Source of the DNA: Methanobacteriota archaeon
GTDB taxonomy: Archaea; Thermoplasmatota; Poseidoniia; Poseidoniales; Thalassarchaeaceae
Assembly (NCBI GenBank): GCA_002716085.1
Contig: PAYZ01000001.1
Location: forward strand, 1 to 32,000
Direction of reading: 5' to 3'
Length of the DNA: 32,000 nt
Under the pieces are notes generated by a model that saw only the letters and a program-made list of their open reading frames with translations, had not been told where the DNA came from and did not search any database. The first letter of the stretch is position 1; each line of letters starts with the position of its first letter. A program made the position numbers and the translations under genes. Positions 7,626 to 15,527 of this stretch are shown piece by piece.

Positions 7626-8630
7626 TTAGTAAGTTCCCACCATATTTCTCACAGCTCTCTCTACATCGATTTGACCATCAAGCAGACTACCCAGAGTTTC
7701 TAAGAAGGGGGTGCTCAAACCCATTCTTTTTGACATGTTAAGGAACATCCTAGTGGCCCTAACTCCCTCAGCAACCATGTGCATCTCTGCTAAAGATTCC
7801 TCCAGGTTCTTGCCCGATCCCAGTTTCTCTCCTAGGGTCCGATTCCTGCTCCTAGGGCTAGATGCAGTAACGTACAAGTCGCCTATTCCTGCAGGCCCGA
7901 AAGCAGTCCTATCATCAGCCCCCATCTCCTTGAGGAGCATTATCCCCTCGCTGTACCCGGAGAGGACCAGAGCCGCCTTCAGGTTGTCTCCACCTATGCT
8001 GTCCCTGAGGCCGTCAACTAGGCCACATGCTAGGGCCACGCAGTTCTTGTATGCCCCCCATAGCTCTGCTCCAACGGGGTCGTCTGCAGGAGTTAGGATA
8101 AGCGACCCTGTGGATAGGCGCTCGGAGACCCTTTCTGCTACGCTCCTATCGTGGCATGCGACCAGGGCATTGGTTATCACTCCTCGAGCAACCTCAGGAG
8201 CTATTGTGGGCCCAGTCATCACAACCACTGGATTGGATAGCCCCGATTCTGCGAGCCTCCTCTCTATCGCATGGGAGATCATTTCTGAACCGCCTTCTTC
8301 AACGGGGGCAAGCCCCTTTGCCAAGTCAATGAGTAGGTGAGAGGGCCTAAGTGAGGGCACAAGTCTATCAACCACTTCTAGGATTACAGAGCTCGGAAGT
8401 GCGAGAACCAGAATCTCGCATGAGTCGGTAACATCGGAGATTTCCATTGTGCATTGAAGATCCGGGATCTTGAATCCAGGGAGGTACTTTTCGTTCTCAG
8501 ATCTATCCATCACAGACTCGTACACTTCTTCTTCGATAGTCCATCCAATGACATTATGGCCGTCATTGCACCAAGCCAGTGCCAATGCCGTCCCCCAGTT
8601 ACCAAGACCTAGAATTCCAATTCTCGCCAT
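7626..8630 (-). CDS. gpsA: NAD(P)H-dependent sn-glycerol-3-phosphate dehydrogenase.
   Basis: MARIGILGLGNWGTALA (Rossmann motif), NEKYLPG, LAKGL, GPTIAPEVA, DPVGAELWGAYKNCVALACGLVDGL, GDNLKAALVLSGYSE, GIGDLYVTASSPRSRNRTLGEKLG and VAEGV are collinear with bacterial GpsA. GGAGAT lies about 8 nt upstream of the ATG. Confidence 0.9.
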   Translation of the reverse strand: MARIGILGLGNWGTALALAWCNDGHNVIGWTIEEEVYESVMDRSENEKYLPGFKIPDLQCTMEISDVTDSCEILVLALPSSVILEVVDRLVPSLRPSHLLIDLAKGLAPVEEGGSEMISHAIERRLAESGLSNPVVVMTGPTIAPEVARGVITNALVACHDRSVAERVSERLSTGSLILTPADDPVGAELWGAYKNCVALACGLVDGLRDSIGGDNLKAALVLSGYSEGIMLLKEMGADDRTAFGPAGIGDLYVTASSPRSRNRTLGEKLGSGKNLEESLAEMHMVAEGVRATRMFLNMSKRMGLSTPFLETLGSLLDGQIDVERAVRNMVGTY

Positions 8631-8730
8631 AATTGCTATCTCCGCGTCGCAGAGGACCTGTTATGACCCTATGGGGGTGGGATGGGTGTTCCGCTGACTT
8701 CTTGGCGGGTAATTATTCCCGCGATAATGA

Positions 8731-8815
8731 GCAGGGGTACCCGAGCGGTCAAAGGGGCTGGGTTTAGGTCCCAGTGCGTAGTGCTTCGCAGGTTCGAATC
8801 CTGCCCCCTGCACCA
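8731..8815 (+). tRNA. tRNA-Leu (anticodon UAG), class II, with CCA encoded.
   Basis: Hand-folded cloverleaf. Acceptor GCAGGGG/CCCCTGC. Anticodon stem CTGGG/CCCAG with loop TTTAGGT. 13-nt variable arm. T arm GCAGG-TTCGAAT-CCTGC. Discriminator A followed by CCA. Confidence 0.93.
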
Positions 8816-8866
8816 CTACAAATATCACTCGCTGGATTGAAGGCCAGAGCCAGGCCCCTAGTCTCA

Positions 8867-8951
8867 GCAGGGGTACCCGAGCGGTCAAAGGGGCAGCGTT
8901 CAGATCGCTGTGCGTAGTGCTTCGCAGGTTCGAATCCTGCCCCCTGCACCA
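8867..8951 (+). tRNA. tRNA-Leu (anticodon CAG), class II, with CCA encoded.
   Basis: Same sequence as the 8731..8815 tRNA except for the 17-nt anticodon arm (stem CAGCG/CGCTG, loop TTCAGAT). Confidence 0.93.
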
Positions 8952-11900
8952 TCACTGTATTCGGATTCTCTTGGACCTAATACTAGCCAGGTCCCTCTTC
9001 TTTAGTCCTGCAATCCTGTAGGCCATCAGTCCCAGGAATATGGTGGATGCAGCAATCATCATCCACGCCTCTCCGCCTAGCGGTCTAGTGGGGTCCTTGG
9101 ACCAGTCCTTCCATCCAGTTGCAGGGTCCAGCCTCCCGTCCTCCGAGTCTGGTATCCCGTCGTTGTCATCGTCTGTGTCGAACAGATCTTTGATCCCGTC
9201 TCCGTCGAAATCGGCACTGGAGGATTCGTTCGTGTCTTCTAGGACGGTTTCCACCTCATCCAATGCTATCTCGTCACCCGGGAGAACCACTATGGGGCAA
9301 CCGAGGTCATTCCCAGGAAGCATCAGTATGGCCATCATTTCAGGATTCTGAGAACTGACTCCGGCCAAGTAGGGGCACTCGTCAGCGTTGTCCCCAACCG
9401 TGTCTCCATCGGTGTCCTGCCACTCGGTAGAGTCGTTGGGGAACAAGTCCCTGTTGTCTCCAATGTTGTCGCCATCAAGATCCGACCATTCAGACGCATC
9501 CAGCCGGAATGCGTCCACTGTGTCGTTGTAGCCGTCGTTGTCATCGTCAGTGTCGTTTTCGTTCCCGATGCTGTCACCGTCGGTGTCATACCATTCCGAT
9601 GGATCCAAGGGGAAAGCATCGCCCAAAGGTAGAATTGCGCATTCAGCAATTCCGTCTTCGTCTATGTCGGGTCCCTGCGAAATCACGCTCGGTGGCACGT
9701 TAACCAAAGTCATTCCCTCGTAGTCCGACCTTGGTCCATCGCACTTCCCGTCGTTGTCATCGTCAGGGTCCCTGTTGTCCCCTATGGCGTCCCCGTCGAA
9801 GTCCGACCACTCTTGGTTATCCTCGGGGAAGACATCGAACATGTCGTCCCTGCCGTCTCCGTCGTCATCTTGATCTTCGTTATCGCCTATTCCGTCCAAG
9901 TCTACGTCTTTCCATTCGGTTTGGTCATAGGGAAATAGGTCTTCAGTGTCATTGACGCCGTCGTTGTCATCGTCAGAGTCCAAGCTATCGGGTATCTTGT
10001 CCCCGTCAGAGTCGACCGAGACGTTGGGGTCTAGTGGGTCGAAGTCTCTATCATCGGGGACCCCGTCGTTGTCGTCGTCTGAATCTGTGGTGTCGGGGAT
10101 GTGGTCGCCATCGAAGTCAGCCAAGCACATGTCCGGTGAAGTGGATCCCTCCGAAATAGTAGAGTGAAGCGCCGGGCACTGGGTCTGTGCCACGGCTTCG
10201 TTCACATCGACATAGAACCCAAAGGAAGAGATCGTGCACTGGGACTGGCCCTTAAGACTGGAGAAATAGCCCTTCGTGCAACCAGTCTGATTCAGCTGTC
10301 CCGAATCGGGTACGCTGAAGCCTCTGTCAGCCTTAAGGCAGGTAGTTTGCTGAGATTGGGGTTGGTATGAGCCTGGTGAGCAGGGAACCTGCTCCTTCGA
10401 ACCGTGCCCCAGGTCTATGGCTACTGGACTAGTTCTGTCAATCGAGGTTCCATCACCAAGCTGCCCCAAGGAGTTGAGGCCCCAGCACTCCAAGCTGGCA
10501 TCATCGAGGATTGCACAAGTATGCCTCTGCCCAACAGAGATTGACAGAGCACTAGTCGGCAGGCTAACTAGGTTTGGAAGAATCTGGCTAACAAGGGTCC
10601 CGTCCCCAAGCTGGCCCACCGAGTTATCTCCCCAACATGCCACTTCGCCAGATTCATAGAGGGCACAACTATGGAACAGCCCGGTCTGTACATCTGCACC
10701 AGTTTGCGATGCGTCTATTGCCACATTCGTCGGGAGGGGGGACTTCACGGTATCGCCCACTCCAAGCTGGCCGAAGCCATTGAAACCCCAGCAGTAAAGA
10801 GACCCATCATTGAGGCCTGAACAAGTATGGAAAGGCCCTGCATCTAAGGATACCACATCGCTATCTCCGGGAATTGCCACATCCCTTGGCCTAAGCCTGT
10901 CGACCGTCGAACCATCTCCCAACTGACCGTGCCAGTTGTCCCCCCAACACTTTGCCGACCTGTCCTCAAGTATAGCGCAAGTGTGGTAGGAACCCGCAGA
11001 GATTTGGTTTACAAGAATCCCCCCCGTGAAAACCTCTACCGGAGAATTCCTGTTTGCCCTAGTCCCATCTCCTAGCTGCCCGTTGCTGTTCTCGCCCCAG
11101 CACATAGCTGTTCCATTTTCGAGAACGGCGCATGAGTGTGCCTCTCCAGAAGAAATTCCCACGGCAACCGCCCCGTGACCAAGGTCTACGGAGACGGGCG
11201 TAGTCTTCTCAATAGTTGTCCCGTCGCCCAACTGTCCGAATTCGTTGGAGCCCCAACAGCGCACAGAGCTATCATCCATTAGCGCACAAGTGTGGTATGA
11301 ACCAGTTGAGATCTCGATTGCTCTTCTACCCAGTGGCATTGATGCTTTCTGAGGATCAGAACTCCCCGTTCTCGTACCATCTCCTAGCTGCCCGTTGCTG
11401 TTCTCTCCCCAGCAGCTCACCGATCCATCGTCCAGGATGGAGCAAGTGTGCAAAGCTCCAGCAGAGACTCTGGTCAGAACTGGAACGCTGTGCCCCGCCA
11501 CTGCCCAGTTGCACGAATCGGCAGAGGTCTGCCCTGTGAGGTTGTTGAACTGTCCCGCAGGGCAGGGAGTCCCCTTTGATGCACCGCTTCCGGATACGAA
11601 GTAACCTGCCCTTGCCGGATCACATGATGTCTGGGCCGGGAGCTCCTGGAATGTACCCGGGCCACATTGGGTCTGCAGGGAAGCTCCATCGGAGTTTGTG
11701 AAGTTCCCAGGGCTAGCTGGAATCATTACCGTGTATCCCGAACTGGGGACATAGTATCCAGGAGCAGCATCGCGACAAGAGAACCTTCCATAGTTCCCTG
11801 GCGTGCAGTCCGCGGCAACGGTCGGATTCGAGTCATCGCTGTCTGCCCCACTAGCGAAACCGTCTCCGTCAGAATCTCCAACGTTCCTGACCTCGAAGAT

Positions 11901-14900
11901 GTTCATTTCTCCATCAGAAGGGTCGTTGAGGTCTCTCTCGGAGGATGCCATGTATGTCCACCTCGGCAATGAGAATGTTGACGGAGAGGTCCCTTGGGAG
12001 AGTTGTCCCTGGCCATCTCCACCCCAGCATTGAGGTAGATCATTGCTAGCCACTACACAGGTGTGGTGATGGCCCGAGGTAACCGAAATAGCCCCTAATC
12101 CACCGATAAGGCCAATTTCAGTTGCGCTCGAAACTTGCGCAGAGGTGCTGCCATCTCCAATCTGTCCCTCGGAGTTTCCGCCCCAGCAGTGCAGAGATCT
12201 ACTTGTGTCTATGGCGCAGGTATGCCACTCGCCCGAATCAAAAGAAGTGACTCCAGTCAGAGTACTAGTGACCGTGGATGCGTCGTTTTGCTGATTTGTT
12301 CCTCCTTGACCCAGCTGTCCGTGCGAGTTTCCGCCCCAGCACTTCAGGGTCTTGGAGCTGTCCAGCAAAGCGCATGTGTGGGAACCCCCCGAAGATACGG
12401 CTACTACGTCTCCTCCGATTGCAGGGAGCGGTACTGCAGTGTTGCTGGGAGTAGTTGAGCCATCGCCCAGCTGACCATTGTCATTGGATCCCCAGCATGC
12501 CAATGACCAATCGTCTAGGACTGCACAGGTATGGTTTGCACCAGCAGAAACTGCTAGGGCCTTTTTTCCAGATAGGCCTACTGAGACTGGCGTACTGCTG
12601 TCCGAATTGGTTCCGTCACCCAACTGGCCGTGATCGTTATTTCCCCAGCACTCCAAGCTCGCGTCATTCAGTATCGCACATGTGTGCCAACCACCTGCAG
12701 AAATCTGAACAGGCACCCCAGAAAGACTGGTTAGAACTGGGCTGCTGCTGTCAGTGTTGGACCCATCGCCCAGCTGACCTTGATCGTTATCGCCCCAGCA
12801 CCTTACTTCTCCGTTGTCAAGAGTGGAGCAGGTGTGTTCCTTTCCTGAACTGATCGATACAGCAGTTCGCCCCTGATCAAGACTGACAGGAGTCATGGTC
12901 AACCTATCGACTGTGGTCCCATCTCCAAGCTGGCCAGCAGAGTTGTCACCCCAGCATTGGAGCGTGGTATCGTCGAAAATCGCACACAGATGCCCTTCGC
13001 CCGCCGACATCGTAGTCTCAGTGAATATCGATCCCGATTGGAAACCTGGCTCGTTGAGGCCATCTGATACCGGGTGCCTCATGTCGGAAATTATCCCCGT
13101 GCTAGAGGCGACGTAGTACTTCTGCGACGGCCCTTGTGCCACATTTGTTCCAGAGACTATGACCTCCCAGTCCCCTGCATCGGGGAAGTCCCTAACGGTC
13201 ACCCCAACTACGTTGTTCAGGTCATCGTTTGAGTAGGGATACACGTTCCCATAGGGGTCCTTCAGTGTAATGTCCAAGTCATTGATGAGCTGCTTCCCTG
13301 CCGATGGAGCATTTACAGGGTCGTTCCAGACCAGTGCTACTCTGAAAGACTCGAGTCCAGTGTCTGGGATTGTGAGCATGAAAGAGTGGCTCTCCCCCGT
13401 GGTGATCTCGGTCCCTTCAGAGAATCCCGCACCTACTGCATTCTGTATGTCAACCCTGCCCCATCCCTCATGCAAATTGGGGGACAACTCCTTCGCACCA
13501 TTGGCCCCGTCCCCTCCAGTAGAGTACTGTCCCAGCATCTCATGGGCTCCTGCGATTAGAATGGCTTTGACTAGAGCCGACTCTGGACAGGAATCGCTTG
13601 TAGGGTTGTTGGCAAGGTCGCAATTGTAACCCGAACCCGGGACGTTGTTCAGGTGTTCAATCAGTAGGGCTGCAGTACCAGCAGTTAACGGAGTCGCCAT
13701 AGATGTGCCACTCTTGAATGTGTAGTAGTCGCCCCAGTCATCCGATGCACGAACTTCCGCTAGACTCGATCGAGTCGAGAGGACATATGTGCCTGGAGCA
13801 ACCAGGTCTGGCTTGATCCTGTTGTCGTTTGTGGGCCCCCTATTGGAGAAGCCTGCCATCCCCTCTGGGTTGTTTGCAACCTTGTCCTCGGCTATTGGCG
13901 GTGTTCCGAACTTGTCCACTGAGGGGAGGGTTCTAAATGGCATAGTCTGCCACTGCTGGGAAACCTCTGGCCTGTTGTTCTCCGAGGCTCCAATGGACAG
14001 GATGTTCTTCGCAGTAGCCTGTTTGTTCATTGCACCGGTGTTTATCTCGCCGTTCTTGCCCCCAGTGCAGGAAGTTTGTCCAATGGCATCGTAATTGCAG
14101 TCAAACGCGTCGTTGCCCATGGCATATAGGATTGTCAGATCAGTTAGGGTGTTTGCCTGGGTGTCAATTGACTGGGCCGTAGTGTCATAGTAGTTCCAGC
14201 AGGCAGAGCCTGCGCACCCCGAAACGCTCCTGTCCGGGCCAGAGCCCCACGAGTTGGTATGCACTCTCGCACCCTTGTCATAAGCCTCCTGGAAGAAAAC
14301 GGTGTATCCCGGATTATACAATCCACCTTCGTCTTCTTCCAATGGGCCAGATGTGGTATCTACTCCTTGGAAGACCATTAGGGCACCAGGAGCTGTACCA
14401 GCAATGTCATCGTCCTGCCCATTCCCATCCGCATCTACTCCTGCCGAGTTCACGCCGCTCCCTAAAGCTGAACCTGCAACGTGAGTTCCGTGACCGTTGT
14501 AATCCTCGGGACCGTCAGTGCAGGTCGAACAGGTGTAAGTAATGACTGAATGTAGGCGACCATAGAAGTCAGGATGGATGTCAGAGTTCTGAATGTTGCA
14601 GTGAGCAATGCTGTTGCAGTTCACTGCCTCATCCAGGCCAGAATCCATTACCGCGACAATCACTCCATTACCTGAAAGAGTGTCGGAACCCATGTTTCCT
14701 GGTTCTGCAACCCAGTCAGTTCCAATCACTTCACCAGCCCTGCCATTGTCTAACTCATCTGGGTAGCTAGGCTCAATCCACTCCACGAAAGGCTGTGCAA
14801 TTAGAGTCCCGACCAACTTATCATCGACAATTACTTTCGCCAGCCTGCCTATGCTGAAGTCGATAACCTCGATCCCCGAGTCTTCCAGGTCAGGCAGAAG

Positions 14901-15503
14901 CCCGTCTCCACTGAGAAGGAGATTCATGACGTATCTATCTCCTTCCATTATCGCACCACCCTTGGAATCAGAGGAAAGAAGGGGCAATACATCTGGGGCT
15001 AGCTTGTCAGTTGGATCGAGTCGGAATGCACCTATGACGCCAGCATCCATTAGCTCTGAAGGGGTTAGTTTGGGAACATCGCAGTGGAACCCTTGGGGTG
15101 AGTAGAAAGTCTTGCATTCAATCCCCATCTTGTCTAAATCGGACTTCCAGTGGGAAGGAACCGGATACTCATGTCCAAGGGTGTGCCATCCTGAGATAAC
15201 CTTCTCTCCAGTTCTCTGAGTCCAGTCCTGGATTGGGACATAAGTCGCTGTTCTATGAAATAGGGCAGCTTCTCCAATATTTCCTCCATCTGACTCCCAT
15301 CCATGCGAGGGATCGAAATGATCGGGCTCTCCGATGTCTAATTTATGATCCTCGAAAACAAACCCCAATGTGGACCTAGCGCCCCTTTCTTCTGAGAATT
15401 CTTGCATTCCCGAAATCTGTACCAGTGAAATCGCTACTGGGAGGACCATGATCCCGACCAGTACGAAGGACAGGAGCTGCCTCGCCGCGTTACCACTGGC
15501 CAT
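8952..15503 (-). CDS. 2183-aa membrane-anchored surface protein. Domain order: signal/TM, propeptide-like region, subtilisin (S8) protease, beta-sandwich, RCC1 propeller, Cys-rich modules, RCC1 propeller, Cys-rich modules, thrombospondin-type-3 repeats, C-terminal TM.
   Basis: One uninterrupted ORF. The catalytic triad motifs are VAVMDSGLD (D287), NGHGTHVAG (H338) and SGTSMATP (S601). CWGxNxxGQLGDG repeats number 7+7. CxPGxY-type Cys-rich modules and many DxDxDGxxDxxD repeats are present. TM WMMIAASTIFLGLMAY is followed by a basic tail. Confidence 0.9.
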   Translation of the reverse strand: MASGNAARQLLSFVLVGIMVLPVAISLVQISGMQEFSEERGARSTLGFVFEDHKLDIGEPDHFDPSHGWESDGGNIGEAALFHRTATYVPIQDWTQRTGEKVISGWHTLGHEYPVPSHWKSDLDKMGIECKTFYSPQGFHCDVPKLTPSELMDAGVIGAFRLDPTDKLAPDVLPLLSSDSKGGAIMEGDRYVMNLLLSGDGLLPDLEDSGIEVIDFSIGRLAKVIVDDKLVGTLIAQPFVEWIEPSYPDELDNGRAGEVIGTDWVAEPGNMGSDTLSGNGVIVAVMDSGLDEAVNCNSIAHCNIQNSDIHPDFYGRLHSVITYTCSTCTDGPEDYNGHGTHVAGSALGSGVNSAGVDADGNGQDDDIAGTAPGALMVFQGVDTTSGPLEEDEGGLYNPGYTVFFQEAYDKGARVHTNSWGSGPDRSVSGCAGSACWNYYDTTAQSIDTQANTLTDLTILYAMGNDAFDCNYDAIGQTSCTGGKNGEINTGAMNKQATAKNILSIGASENNRPEVSQQWQTMPFRTLPSVDKFGTPPIAEDKVANNPEGMAGFSNRGPTNDNRIKPDLVAPGTYVLSTRSSLAEVRASDDWGDYYTFKSGTSMATPLTAGTAALLIEHLNNVPGSGYNCDLANNPTSDSCPESALVKAILIAGAHEMLGQYSTGGDGANGAKELSPNLHEGWGRVDIQNAVGAGFSEGTEITTGESHSFMLTIPDTGLESFRVALVWNDPVNAPSAGKQLINDLDITLKDPYGNVYPYSNDDLNNVVGVTVRDFPDAGDWEVIVSGTNVAQGPSQKYYVASSTGIISDMRHPVSDGLNEPGFQSGSIFTETTMSAGEGHLCAIFDDTTLQCWGDNSAGQLGDGTTVDRLTMTPVSLDQGRTAVSISSGKEHTCSTLDNGEVRCWGDNDQGQLGDGSNTDSSSPVLTSLSGVPVQISAGGWHTCAILNDASLECWGNNDHGQLGDGTNSDSSTPVSVGLSGKKALAVSAGANHTCAVLDDWSLACWGSNDNGQLGDGSTTPSNTAVPLPAIGGDVVAVSSGGSHTCALLDSSKTLKCWGGNSHGQLGQGGTNQQNDASTVTSTLTGVTSFDSGEWHTCAIDTSRSLHCWGGNSEGQIGDGSTSAQVSSATEIGLIGGLGAISVTSGHHHTCVVASNDLPQCWGGDGQGQLSQGTSPSTFSLPRWTYMASSERDLNDPSDGEMNIFEVRNVGDSDGDGFASGADSDDSNPTVAADCTPGNYGRFSCRDAAPGYYVPSSGYTVMIPASPGNFTNSDGASLQTQCGPGTFQELPAQTSCDPARAGYFVSGSGASKGTPCPAGQFNNLTGQTSADSCNWAVAGHSVPVLTRVSAGALHTCSILDDGSVSCWGENSNGQLGDGTRTGSSDPQKASMPLGRRAIEISTGSYHTCALMDDSSVRCWGSNEFGQLGDGTTIEKTTPVSVDLGHGAVAVGISSGEAHSCAVLENGTAMCWGENSNGQLGDGTRANRNSPVEVFTGGILVNQISAGSYHTCAILEDRSAKCWGDNWHGQLGDGSTVDRLRPRDVAIPGDSDVVSLDAGPFHTCSGLNDGSLYCWGFNGFGQLGVGDTVKSPLPTNVAIDASQTGADVQTGLFHSCALYESGEVACWGDNSVGQLGDGTLVSQILPNLVSLPTSALSISVGQRHTCAILDDASLECWGLNSLGQLGDGTSIDRTSPVAIDLGHGSKEQVPCSPGSYQPQSQQTTCLKADRGFSVPDSGQLNQTGCTKGYFSSLKGQSQCTISSFGFYVDVNEAVAQTQCPALHSTISEGSTSPDMCLADFDGDHIPDTTDSDDDNDGVPDDRDFDPLDPNVSVDSDGDKIPDSLDSDDDNDGVNDTEDLFPYDQTEWKDVDLDGIGDNEDQDDDGDGRDDMFDVFPEDNQEWSDFDGDAIGDNRDPDDDNDGKCDGPRSDYEGMTLVNVPPSVISQGPDIDEDGIAECAILPLGDAFPLDPSEWYDTDGDSIGNENDTDDDNDGYNDTVDAFRLDASEWSDLDGDNIGDNRDLFPNDSTEWQDTDGDTVGDNADECPYLAGVSSQNPEMMAILMLPGNDLGCPIVVLPGDEIALDEVETVLEDTNESSSADFDGDGIKDLFDTDDDNDGIPDSEDGRLDPATGWKDWSKDPTRPLGGEAWMMIAASTIFLGLMAYRIAGLKKRDLASIRSKRIRIQ
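9129..10118 (-). repeat. Thrombospondin-type-3-like Ca-binding repeat region (DxDxDGxxDxxD), coding.
   Basis: The protein carries repeated DSDDDNDGVPD, DSDGDKIPD, DVDLDGIGDNED, DFDGDAIGDNRD, DTDGDSIGNEND and similar units. The exact 17-mer CCGTCGTTGTCATCGTC (minus strand = DDDNDG) occurs at 9157, 9532, 9748 and 9958. A one-mismatch copy lies near 10066. Confidence 0.85.
10404..11486 (-). repeat. RCC1-like repeat array 2 (7 blades), coding.
   Basis: The CWG motifs are SCWGENSNGQLGDG, RCWGSNEFGQLGDG, MCWGENSNGQLGDG, KCWGDNWHGQLGDG, YCWGFNGFGQLGVG, ACWGDNSVGQLGDG and ECWGLNSLGQLGDG. Confidence 0.85.
11964..13016 (-). repeat. RCC1-like repeat array 1 (7 blades, about 51-52 aa period), coding.
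   Basis: The CWG motifs are QCWGDNSAGQLGDG, RCWGDNDQGQLGDG, ECWGNNDHGQLGDG, ACWGSNDNGQLGDG, KCWGGNSHGQLGQG, HCWGGNSEGQIGDG and QCWGGDGQGQLSQG. Each is preceded by an HTC(A/S) strand. Confidence 0.85.
13434..14681 (-). other. Peptidase S8 (subtilisin-like) catalytic domain of the giant protein (approximate bounds).
   Basis: I checked the D287 codon at 14643-14645, the H338 codon at 14490-14492 and the S601 codon at 13701-13703 against the DNA. The His-to-Ser spacing is about 263 aa, so Cys-containing insertions are implied. Confidence 0.85.
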
Positions 15504-15504
15504 A

Positions 15505-15527
15505 GTCCTCCTACTATGTAGGAGGAC
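15505..15527 (-). promoter_or_regulatory. Perfect 10-bp inverted repeat with a 3-nt spacer, directly upstream of the giant gene's ATG. It could be an SD-sequestering hairpin or a palindromic operator.
   Basis: The + strand reads GTCCTCCTAC-TAT-GTAGGAGGAC. The minus-strand mRNA would read GUCCUCCUAC-AUA-GUAGGAGGAC-U-AUG. The only GGAGG upstream of the start is therefore paired with UCCUCC. A TATA-like AATTTTAAT lies at 15530-15538. Confidence 0.6.

Noticed and set aside
7711-8340. Other long antisense ORFs (7711..8340, 7232..7606, 17229..17606, 20574..20984, 22693..23124, 24956..25351, 26117..26557, 29829..30242, 30493..30816).
   Set aside because: Each lies opposite a CDS with strong family motifs and shows no motifs of its own, so I treat them as shadow ORFs.
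8661-8955. Minus-strand ORFs 8661..8888 and 8764..8955.
   Set aside because: They run through the two tRNA-Leu genes, and their repeated peptide GAGFEPAKHYA is simply the translated tRNA body.
8631-9000. A tRNA-linked integrated element (genomic island inserted at tRNA-Leu).
   Set aside because: I found no integrase, no partial tRNA 3' duplication (att) elsewhere in the window and no phage or plasmid genes. The second tRNA is a complete gene with a different anticodon.
9040-14542. About 25 plus-strand ORFs of 60-132 aa inside the giant gene (for example 12455..12853 and 13270..13629).
   Set aside because: They lie antisense to one uninterrupted 2183-aa ORF with clear domain motifs. They are low-complexity (Ser/Pro/Arg-rich), lack start contexts and are typical shadow ORFs of a GC-richer repetitive gene.
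8952-15503. Periodic repeats of about 155 nt and about 210 nt that could superficially suggest a CRISPR or satellite array.
   Set aside because: The repeats are in frame and degenerate, and they encode RCC1 blades and TSP3 motifs. There is no repeat-spacer structure and there are no cas genes.
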